A stretch of 59,770 bases of DNA, the filler included, from Myxococcota bacterium (lineage in GTDB: Bacteria > Myxococcota > Myxococcia > Myxococcales > Myxococcaceae): the NCBI GenBank assembly GCA_049322255.1. It is 5 parts of 5 records of this genome, joined end to end, with 100 filler letters (N's around TTAATTAATTAA, not from the genome) between each part and the next. Parts side by side here need not be neighbours in the genome. Positions count along the whole stretch, not along the records: positions 1 to 12,411 come from JBMORE010000120.1; 4 more parts are not named here. One strand, 5' to 3'. The translations under genes were made by a program, and so were the position numbers. Shown piece by piece: positions 1 through 8,154 of this stretch (the stretch's first letter is position 1; the number at the start of each line of letters is the position of its first letter). Below the pieces are notes generated by a model. It was given only the letters and a program-made list of their open reading frames with translations. It was not told where the DNA came from and did not search any database.

Positions 1-24
1 CATGCCCAAGACTCTACGCCTTCT

Positions 25-1215
25 CTACAGGGCGCGCTCGTACAGCCGGTACGTCTTGTACCTACGTGCCCCCATCGATTCGATGGCTCGGTTGATGAGC
101 TCGGCGTCCTCGGCGGTCCAGCCCAACTCGCCGCCGCTGTAGCCCAGCTCGCGCGCCGCCCGCATGGTGTCGAGGTAGAGCAGCGCGTCGATGCCCCGCT
201 TGCGGAAGCCCGGCTTGATGCCCAGAAGGAGGACCCGTAAGCGATCAATGCTCCGCGCCGCCCACAGCATGCGCGCCAGCCCGACGGGGAAGCCGAACTG
301 GGTGAGCCGACCGTTGGCCGCCTTGAGGGCGATGTTCGAGTCGGGGAGGGTGAGGGAGAAGGCGACTGGCTCGCCCTTCACCTCGGCGATGAGACAGAGC
401 TCGGGACGAATCTGCACCAGCGGGCGCAGCCGTGCGGCGATGGCGTCGAACTCCTCTTCGGTCATCGGCACGAAGCCCCAGCTGCGCTCGAGCATCGCGT
501 TGTAGATGCTCTTGATGCGGCGGATCTCCTCGGGGAGGTTCTTCATGTCCAGCGGGCGCACGCGCACGCCGTCTTGCTCGCGCACCTTCTCGGCGACGCG
601 CACCACCTTCTCCGGGGGCGCCACCGACGTCGACAGCTCGTACGCGTACAAGTCTTTCGCCTTGCGAAAGCCGTTCGCGGTGAAGAGCCGGTCGTAGTAG
701 GGAGGGTTGTACGGCATCATCATCGCCGGCGCGTGCGTAAAGCCCTCCACCAACACGCCCACGTCGTGGTTGAAGGACAAGTTTACTGGGCCGAGCAGCT
801 GCTTCATTCCCCGGCGCTTCACCCACTCGGCCGCCGCATCGAAGAGCGCCGCTGCCACGCCAGGGTCGTCGACCGCATCGAACATGCCGACGAAGCCTGT
901 CTCGGTGTTGTGGAACTGGTTGTACAGGGGGTCGTTGACGGCGGCGATGCGCCCGACCACCTGTCCTGCGCGCCTGGCCAAGAACAGCTCGAGCTCCACC
1001 CGGGCGAGGAAGGGGTTTTTGCCGCGATCCAAGAAGTCGCGCCGCTCGGCGATGATCGGCGGTACGTATTGGGGATCGCTTGAGAGCAGGTCGAGCTGAA
1101 ACTGGACGAAGGCATCGCGGTCGCGCCCGGTGCGCACCGGCTCGACCACCACGTCGATCGCAGCCACCGGTGGCGGGAGCGGAGGGACGACCGAGACCTG
1201 GGCAACGCTGCTCAT
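25..1215 (-). CDS. GNAT-fold N-acyltransferase, bacterial ceramide synthase (bCerS/YghO-like) paralog 2
   Basis: Start MSSVAQ at ATG 1215 overlaps the upstream stop (ATGA). Motifs VPP..ERRDFLD..KNP, VVGRIAA, GP, YNPPYY, WGFVP, GIKPGFRKRGID (acyl-CoA loop) and YKTYRLYE. Clear paralog of 2237-3415; lies in the operon with Spt. Confidence 0.75.
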   Translation of the reverse strand: MSSVAQVSVVPPLPPPVAAIDVVVEPVRTGRDRDAFVQFQLDLLSSDPQYVPPIIAERRDFLDRGKNPFLARVELELFLARRAGQVVGRIAAVNDPLYNQFHNTETGFVGMFDAVDDPGVAAALFDAAAEWVKRRGMKQLLGPVNLSFNHDVGVLVEGFTHAPAMMMPYNPPYYDRLFTANGFRKAKDLYAYELSTSVAPPEKVVRVAEKVREQDGVRVRPLDMKNLPEEIRRIKSIYNAMLERSWGFVPMTEEEFDAIAARLRPLVQIRPELCLIAEVKGEPVAFSLTLPDSNIALKAANGRLTQFGFPVGLARMLWAARSIDRLRVLLLGIKPGFRKRGIDALLYLDTMRAARELGYSGGELGWTAEDAELINRAIESMGARRYKTYRLYERAL

Positions 1216-2219
1216 CGAACGATCCCCTCCTGGCGGTACCAGGCAATGGTGTGGGCCATGCCACTCTGGAGCGTGTAGGCAGGGTCGAAGGCGATTTCGC
1301 TGCGGGCACGCTCGTTGGTGCAGGTCCACGCCTGCTCGCGCATCTCGCGCGCCTTGTCGAGGTTCATGATCGACACCCCCCCGCGCACGCGGGCGATCAC
1401 CTCTGAGGCCAGCCCCACCGCGTAAGTCGCGGCGTTGGGCAGCGGAATGGTGCGAGACCTTTCACGCCCCATCGACCGCGCCAGCGTGTCGCAGAACTCC
1501 GACCACGAGTACTCCTTGCCATCGCTGACGAAGTACACCCCAGCGGTCGAATCAGTGGGCACGAGGGTCTTCCCTTTCTCGCCGGCAGCGATCAGCGCGT
1601 CGCACAGATCTTCGACGTGGACCACCGAGTACGCCTTGGGCCCGAACGAAGGCTTCACGAAGATGCCGAGCTTGGCCATCGGTAGAAAAGAGGGAATGTT
1701 GTCGCGGTCTCCCGGCCCGTAGACGATCGGTGGCCGCAAGATGACCGCGGGGATGCGATCGGCGAACTGGCGCACCACCATCTCAGCGCCGAGCTTGCTC
1801 CGCCCGTAGCTCGACACCGGAGCGGGAGCATCAACCTCGCTGCGCGGACGGCCGACGATGGTCGGTCCCGCCGCCGCCAGCGAGCTGCAGTACACCAGCC
1901 GCACGGGCTTCTTCTGCTCGGCGATCGCCTGGCAGACAAACCGCGTGCCCTCGACGTTGCCGCGATGGAAGTCCTCCGGGGTTCGAGCCTTGAGCACTCC
2001 GGCGACGTGCTGCACGCAGTCGATCTCCTCCACCGCCTCCCGCAGGCCTTCGCCGGTGTGCAAGTCGCCGATGGCGAAGCGCAGACCCGGGATCTGCTCC
2101 AACGCCTTGCGGTTCGACGTCCGCCGCACCATCGCGGTCACGGTGTGCCCGCGCGCGACCAGGCGTTTGACCAAATTGCCGCCGACGAAGCCACTGGCTC
2201 CGGTGACCAAGACGTGCAT
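1212..2219 (-). CDS. Extended SDR / NAD(P)-dependent epimerase-dehydratase family; putative ceramide (3-oxo) reductase CerR-like
   Basis: MHVLVTGASGFVG Rossmann motif, SSLAAAGP, catalytic YGRSK, RPPIVYGPGD. Start ATG 2219 after a GGAGG SD. The specific function is inferred from its position between two bCerS-like genes and Spt. Confidence 0.7.
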   Translation of the reverse strand: MHVLVTGASGFVGGNLVKRLVARGHTVTAMVRRTSNRKALEQIPGLRFAIGDLHTGEGLREAVEEIDCVQHVAGVLKARTPEDFHRGNVEGTRFVCQAIAEQKKPVRLVYCSSLAAAGPTIVGRPRSEVDAPAPVSSYGRSKLGAEMVVRQFADRIPAVILRPPIVYGPGDRDNIPSFLPMAKLGIFVKPSFGPKAYSVVHVEDLCDALIAAGEKGKTLVPTDSTAGVYFVSDGKEYSWSEFCDTLARSMGRERSRTIPLPNAATYAVGLASEVIARVRGGVSIMNLDKAREMREQAWTCTNERARSEIAFDPAYTLQSGMAHTIAWYRQEGIVR

Positions 2220-2236
2220 GCCTTCGACCTCCTGCC

Positions 2237-3415
2237 TTACAGCGCCTTCTCGTAGAGCCGGTAGGTCTTGTACCTGCGGCCCCCCATCGACTCGATCGCC
2301 CGATTCACCAGGTGGTTGTCCTCGAGGGTCCAGGAGATCTCTCCGCCCGTGTACCCGAGCTCGCGCGCGGTCTTCAACGTGTCGAGGTACAAAATGGCGT
2401 CGATTCCACGTTTCCGAAACCCTTCCTTGATCCCTAAGGTGATGAGCCGCAGCCGTTTGATTTTCCGTGCCGCGAGCAAGAGCTTGAAAAGACCGATCGG
2501 CAACCCGAAGTGGGTGAGCCGACCGCCGGCAGCCTTGAGGGCGCAGTTGGCATCGGGGAGGGTCATGGAGAACGCCACCGGCTCGCCCTGCACCTCGGCG
2601 AGCAGGAGGAGCTTGGGCACCACCAGCTGCTTCATCTCCTTGGCCATGTGATCGAACTCGCGTTCGGTCATCGGCACGAAGCCCCAGTTCTTCTCCCAGG
2701 CGGCGTTGTAGATGTCTTTGATGCGCCGGACCTCGGCCTCGAAGTTCTTCATGTTCACCGGCCGCACCACCACGCCCTCGCGCTGGCGCATCTTTTCGGC
2801 GATACGCGCCACCTTCTCCGGAGGCGGCACCGAAGAGGAGAGCTCCCACGCCCACAAGTCCTTGGCCTTGGTGAACCCGCATGCCTCGTAGAGCCCAGGG
2901 TAGTAGCGCGGGTTGTAGGCCATCATCACCACCGGGGGAGCGTCGAACCCCTCGACCAACACCGAGCACTCGTAGTTGGTGGAGAAGCCGACCGGGCCCC
3001 ACAGGCGCGTGAAGCCCTGCGAGCGACACCAGGTGGCGGCGGCGTCGAAGAGGGCGCGGGCCACGCCGACGTCGTCGACGCACTCGAACATCCCGAAGCC
3101 GCCCAGCTGGGCCTGGTGGAATTCGTTGTACCGGGGGTCGTTGACGGCGGCGATGCGCCCCACCACCTGGCCGTTCCTTCGCGCCAAGAACAGCTCCACT
3201 TTGCCGAACTCGAACCAGGGGTTCTTCTTCGGGTCGAGGAAGTCTCTGCGCTCCATCACCAGGGGCGGCACCCAGTTGGGGTCGCTCCGGTAGAGGGAGT
3301 AGGGGAAGAGCACGAACGCATCGCGGTCGGCCGCCGACTGCACCGGGGTGACGGTGACGTCGGGGGCAAGCGCTGGCGACTCGGCGGGGGTCAGTTTCTT
3401 GGCGGGAGCGCCCAT
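2237..3415 (-). CDS. GNAT-fold N-acyltransferase, bacterial ceramide synthase (bCerS/YghO-like) paralog 1
   Basis: Start MGAPAK at ATG 3415, 5 nt after the Spt stop. Motifs LYRSDPNWVPPL, GRIAA, FGMFEC, YNPRYY, NWGFVP, GIKEGFRKRGID, EISWTLEDN and YKTYRLY. Confidence 0.78.
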   Translation of the reverse strand: MGAPAKKLTPAESPALAPDVTVTPVQSAADRDAFVLFPYSLYRSDPNWVPPLVMERRDFLDPKKNPWFEFGKVELFLARRNGQVVGRIAAVNDPRYNEFHQAQLGGFGMFECVDDVGVARALFDAAATWCRSQGFTRLWGPVGFSTNYECSVLVEGFDAPPVVMMAYNPRYYPGLYEACGFTKAKDLWAWELSSSVPPPEKVARIAEKMRQREGVVVRPVNMKNFEAEVRRIKDIYNAAWEKNWGFVPMTEREFDHMAKEMKQLVVPKLLLLAEVQGEPVAFSMTLPDANCALKAAGGRLTHFGLPIGLFKLLLAARKIKRLRLITLGIKEGFRKRGIDAILYLDTLKTARELGYTGGEISWTLEDNHLVNRAIESMGGRRYKTYRLYEKAL

Positions 3416-3420
3416 GTCCG

Positions 3421-4956
3421 TTACGCCTCCGGTTGCTTGCCGTTCTTCATGAAGAAGTTGGCGCCCTTCTCGAGAATCAACCCGGGAATCTCGGTGCGCT
3501 TTTCCCACAGACGAAGAGGCGCCGTGGACAGGCGCTTCAAATCTTCGGGCTGGAGGTTGGCCGCGCGCCAGGTGAGCGTCTCCACGGCGTCGAAGAGCTT
3601 GTTGGCGAGGTCCTTGGAGCTGAGCTTGGCGATGCTCTCCAAAGAGAGCCCACGGTCGGCGAGCAGCCCCGCCGAGGCCGCGGCCCAACGCTGCGAGGCC
3701 TGGTTGGAGATGACGTAGCTGCCCGGGCGGGCGATCTTCACCGGGGTGTACGAGGTCGGTCGGGTGGCGGGGATGATGTTCATCTTCCGCCCCAGCTTCT
3801 CGAAGGTCTCGAGCACCCGATCGAGCTGGTCGTCGGTGTGGGTGGCCATGTAGCTGGTGCGAAGGAGCGCGTGCCCCGGCTCCACCGCCGGCGGGATGAC
3901 CGGGTTGGCGAACACGCCGGCCTCGAAGAGCGCCTTCCAGAAGCGGAAGCACTTCACCTGGTCGCCCACCAGCACCGGCACCACCGGGGTCACCGAGACG
4001 CCGGTGTCGAAACCCATCGCCCGAAAGCCGTTGTGCATCTTCTCGGCGATGTCGAGCAGCCGGGCGCGGCGCTGCGGCTCGGCCTCGATGATCTCCAGCG
4101 CCTTGAGCGCCGAGGCCACTTGCGCCGGGGTCATCGACGCCGAGAACACCACCGAGCGCGCCTTGTGCTTGATGAAGTTGATGACGTCGAAGGGGCCACT
4201 GATGACTCCACCCAGCGAGGCGAAGCTCTTGGAGAAGGTGCCCATCACCAGTTGGGTCTGGGCCTCGAGGCCGAAGTACTCGGCGGTGCCGCGGCCGTGC
4301 TCGCCCAAGACGCCCATCGCGTGGGCGTCATCGGTCATCACCCGCGCGTTGTACTTCTGCGCCAGCTCGACGATCTTGGGCAGGTTGCACAGGTCGCCCT
4401 CCATCGAGAAGACGCCGTCGGTGACGATGATCTTCCCCGCCTCGGGGTCGGCGGCGGCCAGCAGCTTCTCCAGATGCTCCATGTCCTGGTGGCGGTAGCG
4501 CTTCTCCTCGCCGAAGGAGAGGCGCACCCCGTCGACCAGCGAGGCGTGGTTCTGCCGGTCGGAAAAGACGATGTCGTGGCGGCCCAAGAGCGCCGAGAGC
4601 GTCGCCAGGTTGGTCTGGAAGCCGGTGGAGACCACCAGCGCCGCCTCACGGTTCAAGAACTTGGCGAGCTTCGCCTCCAGCTCGTCGTGCATGGCCAAGG
4701 TGCCGTTGAGCAAGCGCGAGCCGGAGCAGGTGGAGCCGAAGCGCTTGATGGCGTTGATCGCCGCTTCCTTCACCCGCGGGTCGCCCGCCAGGCCCAGATA
4801 GTTGTTCGAGCCGACCATCACCACCCGGCGGCCCTCGATGTCGACCTCCGTCGAGCCGTGGGAGGCCTCGATGGGGCGGAAGTAAGGATAGAGGCCGGTG
4901 GCCTTGGCGATGCGGTAGTCCTTCCAGGAGCTGCACTTGTCGAACACGTCTGCCAT
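3421..4956 (-). CDS. spt: Serine palmitoyltransferase (AOS family, PLP-dependent class I/II) with ~115-aa C-terminal extension
   Basis: Start MADVFDKC at ATG 4956 with an AAGGGAGG SD. Motifs GLYPYF, GSNNYLGL, GSRLLNGT, NHASLVDG, DGVFSMEGD, DDAHAMG, PLP-lysine GTFSKS and PPAV. GTFSKS, GSRLLNGT and the neighbourhood fit Spt better than BioF/Kbl. Confidence 0.85.
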   Translation of the reverse strand: MADVFDKCSSWKDYRIAKATGLYPYFRPIEASHGSTEVDIEGRRVVMVGSNNYLGLAGDPRVKEAAINAIKRFGSTCSGSRLLNGTLAMHDELEAKLAKFLNREAALVVSTGFQTNLATLSALLGRHDIVFSDRQNHASLVDGVRLSFGEEKRYRHQDMEHLEKLLAAADPEAGKIIVTDGVFSMEGDLCNLPKIVELAQKYNARVMTDDAHAMGVLGEHGRGTAEYFGLEAQTQLVMGTFSKSFASLGGVISGPFDVINFIKHKARSVVFSASMTPAQVASALKALEIIEAEPQRRARLLDIAEKMHNGFRAMGFDTGVSVTPVVPVLVGDQVKCFRFWKALFEAGVFANPVIPPAVEPGHALLRTSYMATHTDDQLDRVLETFEKLGRKMNIIPATRPTSYTPVKIARPGSYVISNQASQRWAAASAGLLADRGLSLESIAKLSSKDLANKLFDAVETLTWRAANLQPEDLKRLSTAPLRLWEKRTEIPGLILEKGANFFMKNGKQPEA

Positions 4957-4985
4957 ACGAGTGGGCCCTCCCTTGGGCGGGCGCT

Positions 4986-5015
4986 CTTGTAGAGATTGGT
5001 AAGGGAGAAAGTCAA
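4986..5015 (-). promoter_or_regulatory. Possible sigma70-type promoter of the spt operon
   Basis: Minus strand TTGACT-N18-TACAAG, about 30 nt upstream of the spt ATG; the -10 box is imperfect. Confidence 0.35.
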
Positions 5016-5071
5016 GCCAGGGGCCGACCCGGAATGTGACGACTTCGTGAATGATGTTGAACACTTAAGAG

Positions 5072-5120
5072 TGAGCTAAATTTTGCTCAGTTGTAGGTGT
5101 GTCGAGCCATTTTTGGCTCA
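5072..5120. promoter_or_regulatory. Two tandem 18-bp palindromic sites, putative transcription-factor operators
   Basis: TGAGCTAAATTTTGCTCA (5072-5089) and CGAGCCATTTTTGGCTCA (5103-5120), 31 bp apart, in the AT-rich divergent intergenic region. Confidence 0.6.
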
Positions 5121-5193
5121 TGTTATTCCCTGCCGCCGTCCCCTTTCCGCCCTGGGCAGACGTCGCCATCTTTGGCGCGAGCTTGGGAGAGCC

Positions 5194-6168
5194 ATGCCGA
5201 GGGAAACGGGGTTGCCGTTGCGGCTTACGGACGTGGTGGTGATGTCGATGGGGGCGCTGGCGGTGGCCTGTCTCCTCGTCGTCGCACGCTGGACGCCAGG
5301 GGCGATGGCCTCGATCTTCGCCTTCAGCCTCATCGCCGCTGGCCCGCTGGTGTTCCGAGCGCTCGCCCGACGGTTTCCGAAGCACGGCGTGTTCGACCTC
5401 ATCGCCTCCTTCTGGCTGCTCCCGGCGGCGGTGGTCGGGCACACCTTCGTCGGTCCGCTCGCCGACGCCGTGCACCCGGCGCTGTTCGATCGCCACTTGG
5501 CGTACGCCGACGCGAGGCTCTTCGGGGTGCAGCCGGCGGTCTGGTTGGAGGCGCGCGTGCCTCCGGGCCTCGTCGAGGTCCTGCTCGTTTGCTACTACAC
5601 CTACTTTCTGTGGCCGTTGTTGCTCGGGCTCGTTCTCTACTTTGGCCAAAAGGACAGGCGCCTCTTCGAGCAGTACGTGCTGGCGCTCGCCTTGGGGTAC
5701 TCGGCCAACTTCGTTCTTTACGCGCTGGTTCCGGCGGTGGGGCCGCGCTTCTTTCTCGCCGGCGAATTCAATGAGCCCCTGCGCGGCCTATGGCTGACCC
5801 CCTGGCTGGACTCCGTGATGCGGCTGCCCAGGTTCACGCGCGATTGCTTCCCTTCGGGCCATACGGCGACCACCCTCACCGTGCTCTTTTTTGCCTATCG
5901 GCGCGCCCGCCGCTTCTTTTGGGTGATGTTTCCTTTTGCGGTGGGGCTCATCGGCGCCACGGTGGTCGGCCGCTTTCATTATGCGGTAGACCTGCTCGCC
6001 GCGCTGCCCCTCGTCTTGTGGGCCGTCACCACCGCCGTCGTCCTTTCCCGCGTCCGGCCCAAAGGGGTGCTCGTCACCCCGTCGCCTCGGCTGGCAACCC
6101 TGTGGCGGGAAGGGATTGTTGTCGCTCGACGGTTCGGTGACTTGACGCCGCGTCGGCCGGGCGCCTAG
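5194..6168 (+). CDS. PAP2-superfamily integral membrane enzyme, Aur1/inositol-phosphorylceramide-synthase-like (PAP2_3)
   Basis: Multiple TM segments; YxxYF, P.VGPRF, RDCFPSGHTA and HYAVDLL motifs. ATG 5194 follows GGGAGA. Divergent from spt. Confidence 0.75.
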   Translation: MPRETGLPLRLTDVVVMSMGALAVACLLVVARWTPGAMASIFAFSLIAAGPLVFRALARRFPKHGVFDLIASFWLLPAAVVGHTFVGPLADAVHPALFDRHLAYADARLFGVQPAVWLEARVPPGLVEVLLVCYYTYFLWPLLLGLVLYFGQKDRRLFEQYVLALALGYSANFVLYALVPAVGPRFFLAGEFNEPLRGLWLTPWLDSVMRLPRFTRDCFPSGHTATTLTVLFFAYRRARRFFWVMFPFAVGLIGATVVGRFHYAVDLLAALPLVLWAVTTAVVLSRVRPKGVLVTPSPRLATLWREGIVVARRFGDLTPRRPGA

Positions 6169-6171
6169 GTT
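6142..6171 (+). promoter_or_regulatory. Putative sigma70-type promoter of rpsA
   Basis: TTGACG-N18-TAGGTT about 120 nt upstream of rpsA, overlapping the PAP2 stop. Confidence 0.45.
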
Positions 6172-6294
6172 GCGCGCCTTTCGCGGCCCTTTGGGTGGGG
6201 CTGCGAGCGAGCTCGACAGCGTCAATCCCCGCGCCAAGGCTCAAATTTCACTTGGGGAGCAGTCGTTGTTTTTTCTCTAAGGACCAACCACCAC

Positions 6295-8007
6295 ATGCAG
6301 CAGAACGTGAACCAGGAAGTCGGGATGGAGGCGGAGGAAGACTTCGCTTCGATGTTTGAGGCTTCGCTCAAGGAGCGGGGCGGCGATGGGCTCCTCAAGG
6401 AAGGGGAGATCATCAAGGGCACCGTGGTTCAGGTGACCAAGGACTACGCCGTCGTCGACATCGGCTACAAGTCAGAGGGGCAGATCCCGATCACCGAGTT
6501 CACCAGCGCGCGTGGAGAGATCACCGTCAAGGCCGGGGACAGCATCGACGTGCTCCTCGAGAGCCGGGAGAACGACACCGGCATGGTCGTCCTCTCCAAG
6601 GAGAAGGCCGACAAGATGCGCATCTGGGACGAGATCAGCGCGGCCTGCGAGCGCGACGAGATCGTCAAGGGCACCATCGTCGGTCGCGTCAAGGGCGGCC
6701 TCTCGGTGGACATTGGAGTGAAGGCGTTTCTCCCTGGTTCGCAGGTGGACATCCGCCCGGTGCGCAACCTCGACCAGTACATCGCCAAAGAGTTCGAGTT
6801 CAAAGTCATCAAGTTCAACAAGAAGCGCGGCAACATCGTGCTCTCCCGCCGCGTTCTCCTAGAGAAGCAGCGCGAGGAGATGAAGAAGGAGACCTTGAAG
6901 AACCTGCGCGAAGGCGCGGTGCTCAAGGGCGTGGTCAAGAACCTCACCGACTACGGCGCCTTCATCGACTTGGGCGGCATCGACGGGCTTTTGCACATCA
7001 CCGACATGAGCTGGGGCCGCATCGGCCACCCCTCCGAGATGTTCAACGTAGGCGACGAGCTACGCGTGGTGGTGCTCAAGTTCGACTCCACGGCTGAGCG
7101 CGTCTCCTTGGGGCTCAAGCAGATTCAAGAAGACCCCTGGCACCGCGCCGACGAGAAGTACCCGGTCGGCACCCGGGTCAAGGGCAAGGTGGTCAGCCTC
7201 ACCGACTACGGCGCCTTCATCGAGATCGAGCAGGGCGTCGAGGGGCTGGTGCACGTCTCCGAAATGTCGTGGACCAAGCGCGTCAAGCACCCCTCCAAGG
7301 TGCTCGAGGTGGGCAAGGAGGTCGAGGCGGTGGTGCTCGACATCGACCCCAAGGCCAAGCGCATCGCCCTGGGGATGAAGCAGATCGAGCAGAACCCCTG
7401 GACCCTGCTCGAGGACAAGTACCCCATCGGCTCGGTCATCAAGGGCCAGGTGCGCAACGTCACCGACTTCGGCGTCTTCGTCGGCGTCGAGGAGGGCGTC
7501 GACGGCCTGGTGCACGTCTCGGACATCAGCTGGACCCAGCGGGTCAAGCACCCGGGGGAGATCTACAAGAAGGGCGACGAGGTGGAGGCGGTGGTGCTCA
7601 ACATCGACGTCGAGAACGAGCGCTTCTCCTTGGGCATCAAGCAGCTGCAACAAGACCCCTGGGAGACCATCTCCGAGCGCACCCCGGTGGGTAGCCGCGC
7701 CAAGGGCAAGGTCACCAAGGTCACCGACTTCGGCGCGTTCGTGGAGATCGAGCCGGGCATCGAGGGCCTGGTGCACGTCTCCGAGATCAAGGAGGAGCGG
7801 GTGGAGAACCCCCGCGACGTCCTCAACGAGGGTCAGGAGGTCGAGGTGAAGATCATCGACATCAACACCACTGACCGCAAAGTGGCCCTCTCGATGAAGG
7901 CGTTGCTCCACGAGGGGGAGGACGACTACCGCGAGTACTTGCGCAAGCAGGCAGAAGGGTCGAAGGCCCGCCTGGGCGACGTGATGGGCAACAAGCTCAA
8001 GAAGTAG
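6295..8007 (+). CDS. rpsA: 30S ribosomal protein S1
   Basis: Six S1 repeats (TDYGAF/TDFGVF...GLLH/GLVH.S/T), GYKSEG, AFLPGSQVD. Confidence 0.98.
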   Translation: MQQNVNQEVGMEAEEDFASMFEASLKERGGDGLLKEGEIIKGTVVQVTKDYAVVDIGYKSEGQIPITEFTSARGEITVKAGDSIDVLLESRENDTGMVVLSKEKADKMRIWDEISAACERDEIVKGTIVGRVKGGLSVDIGVKAFLPGSQVDIRPVRNLDQYIAKEFEFKVIKFNKKRGNIVLSRRVLLEKQREEMKKETLKNLREGAVLKGVVKNLTDYGAFIDLGGIDGLLHITDMSWGRIGHPSEMFNVGDELRVVVLKFDSTAERVSLGLKQIQEDPWHRADEKYPVGTRVKGKVVSLTDYGAFIEIEQGVEGLVHVSEMSWTKRVKHPSKVLEVGKEVEAVVLDIDPKAKRIALGMKQIEQNPWTLLEDKYPIGSVIKGQVRNVTDFGVFVGVEEGVDGLVHVSDISWTQRVKHPGEIYKKGDEVEAVVLNIDVENERFSLGIKQLQQDPWETISERTPVGSRAKGKVTKVTDFGAFVEIEPGIEGLVHVSEIKEERVENPRDVLNEGQEVEVKIIDINTTDRKVALSMKALLHEGEDDYREYLRKQAEGSKARLGDVMGNKLKK

Positions 8008-8030
8008 ACGCCGTCGATAGAAGCTTTTGA

Positions 8031-8070
8031 AGCGGGCAGGTGGGAAAGCTCCCTCCTGCCCGTTTTCTTT
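8031..8070 (+). terminator. Rho-independent terminator after rpsA
   Basis: CGGGCAGG...CCTGCCCG stem followed by TTTTCTTT. Confidence 0.75.
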
Positions 8071-8154
8071 GGGCGGGCGAGCAGCCTTGACCCTCCACCT
8101 GTTTGCCGGGATAAGGCGGGCTCGATTGGTTAGGGCTTGTCGAAGGAGGCCGCC

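Noticed and set aside
3421..4956. Calling the PLP enzyme BioF (8-amino-7-oxononanoate synthase) or Kbl
   Set aside because: No bio or tdh genes nearby; the GTFSKS and GSRLLNGT motifs and the bCerS/CerR-like neighbours favour Spt.
5171..5190. Possible sigma54 promoter TTGGCGCGAGCTTGG before the PAP2 gene
   Set aside because: It lacks the GC at -12 with correct spacing and lies too close to the start codon.
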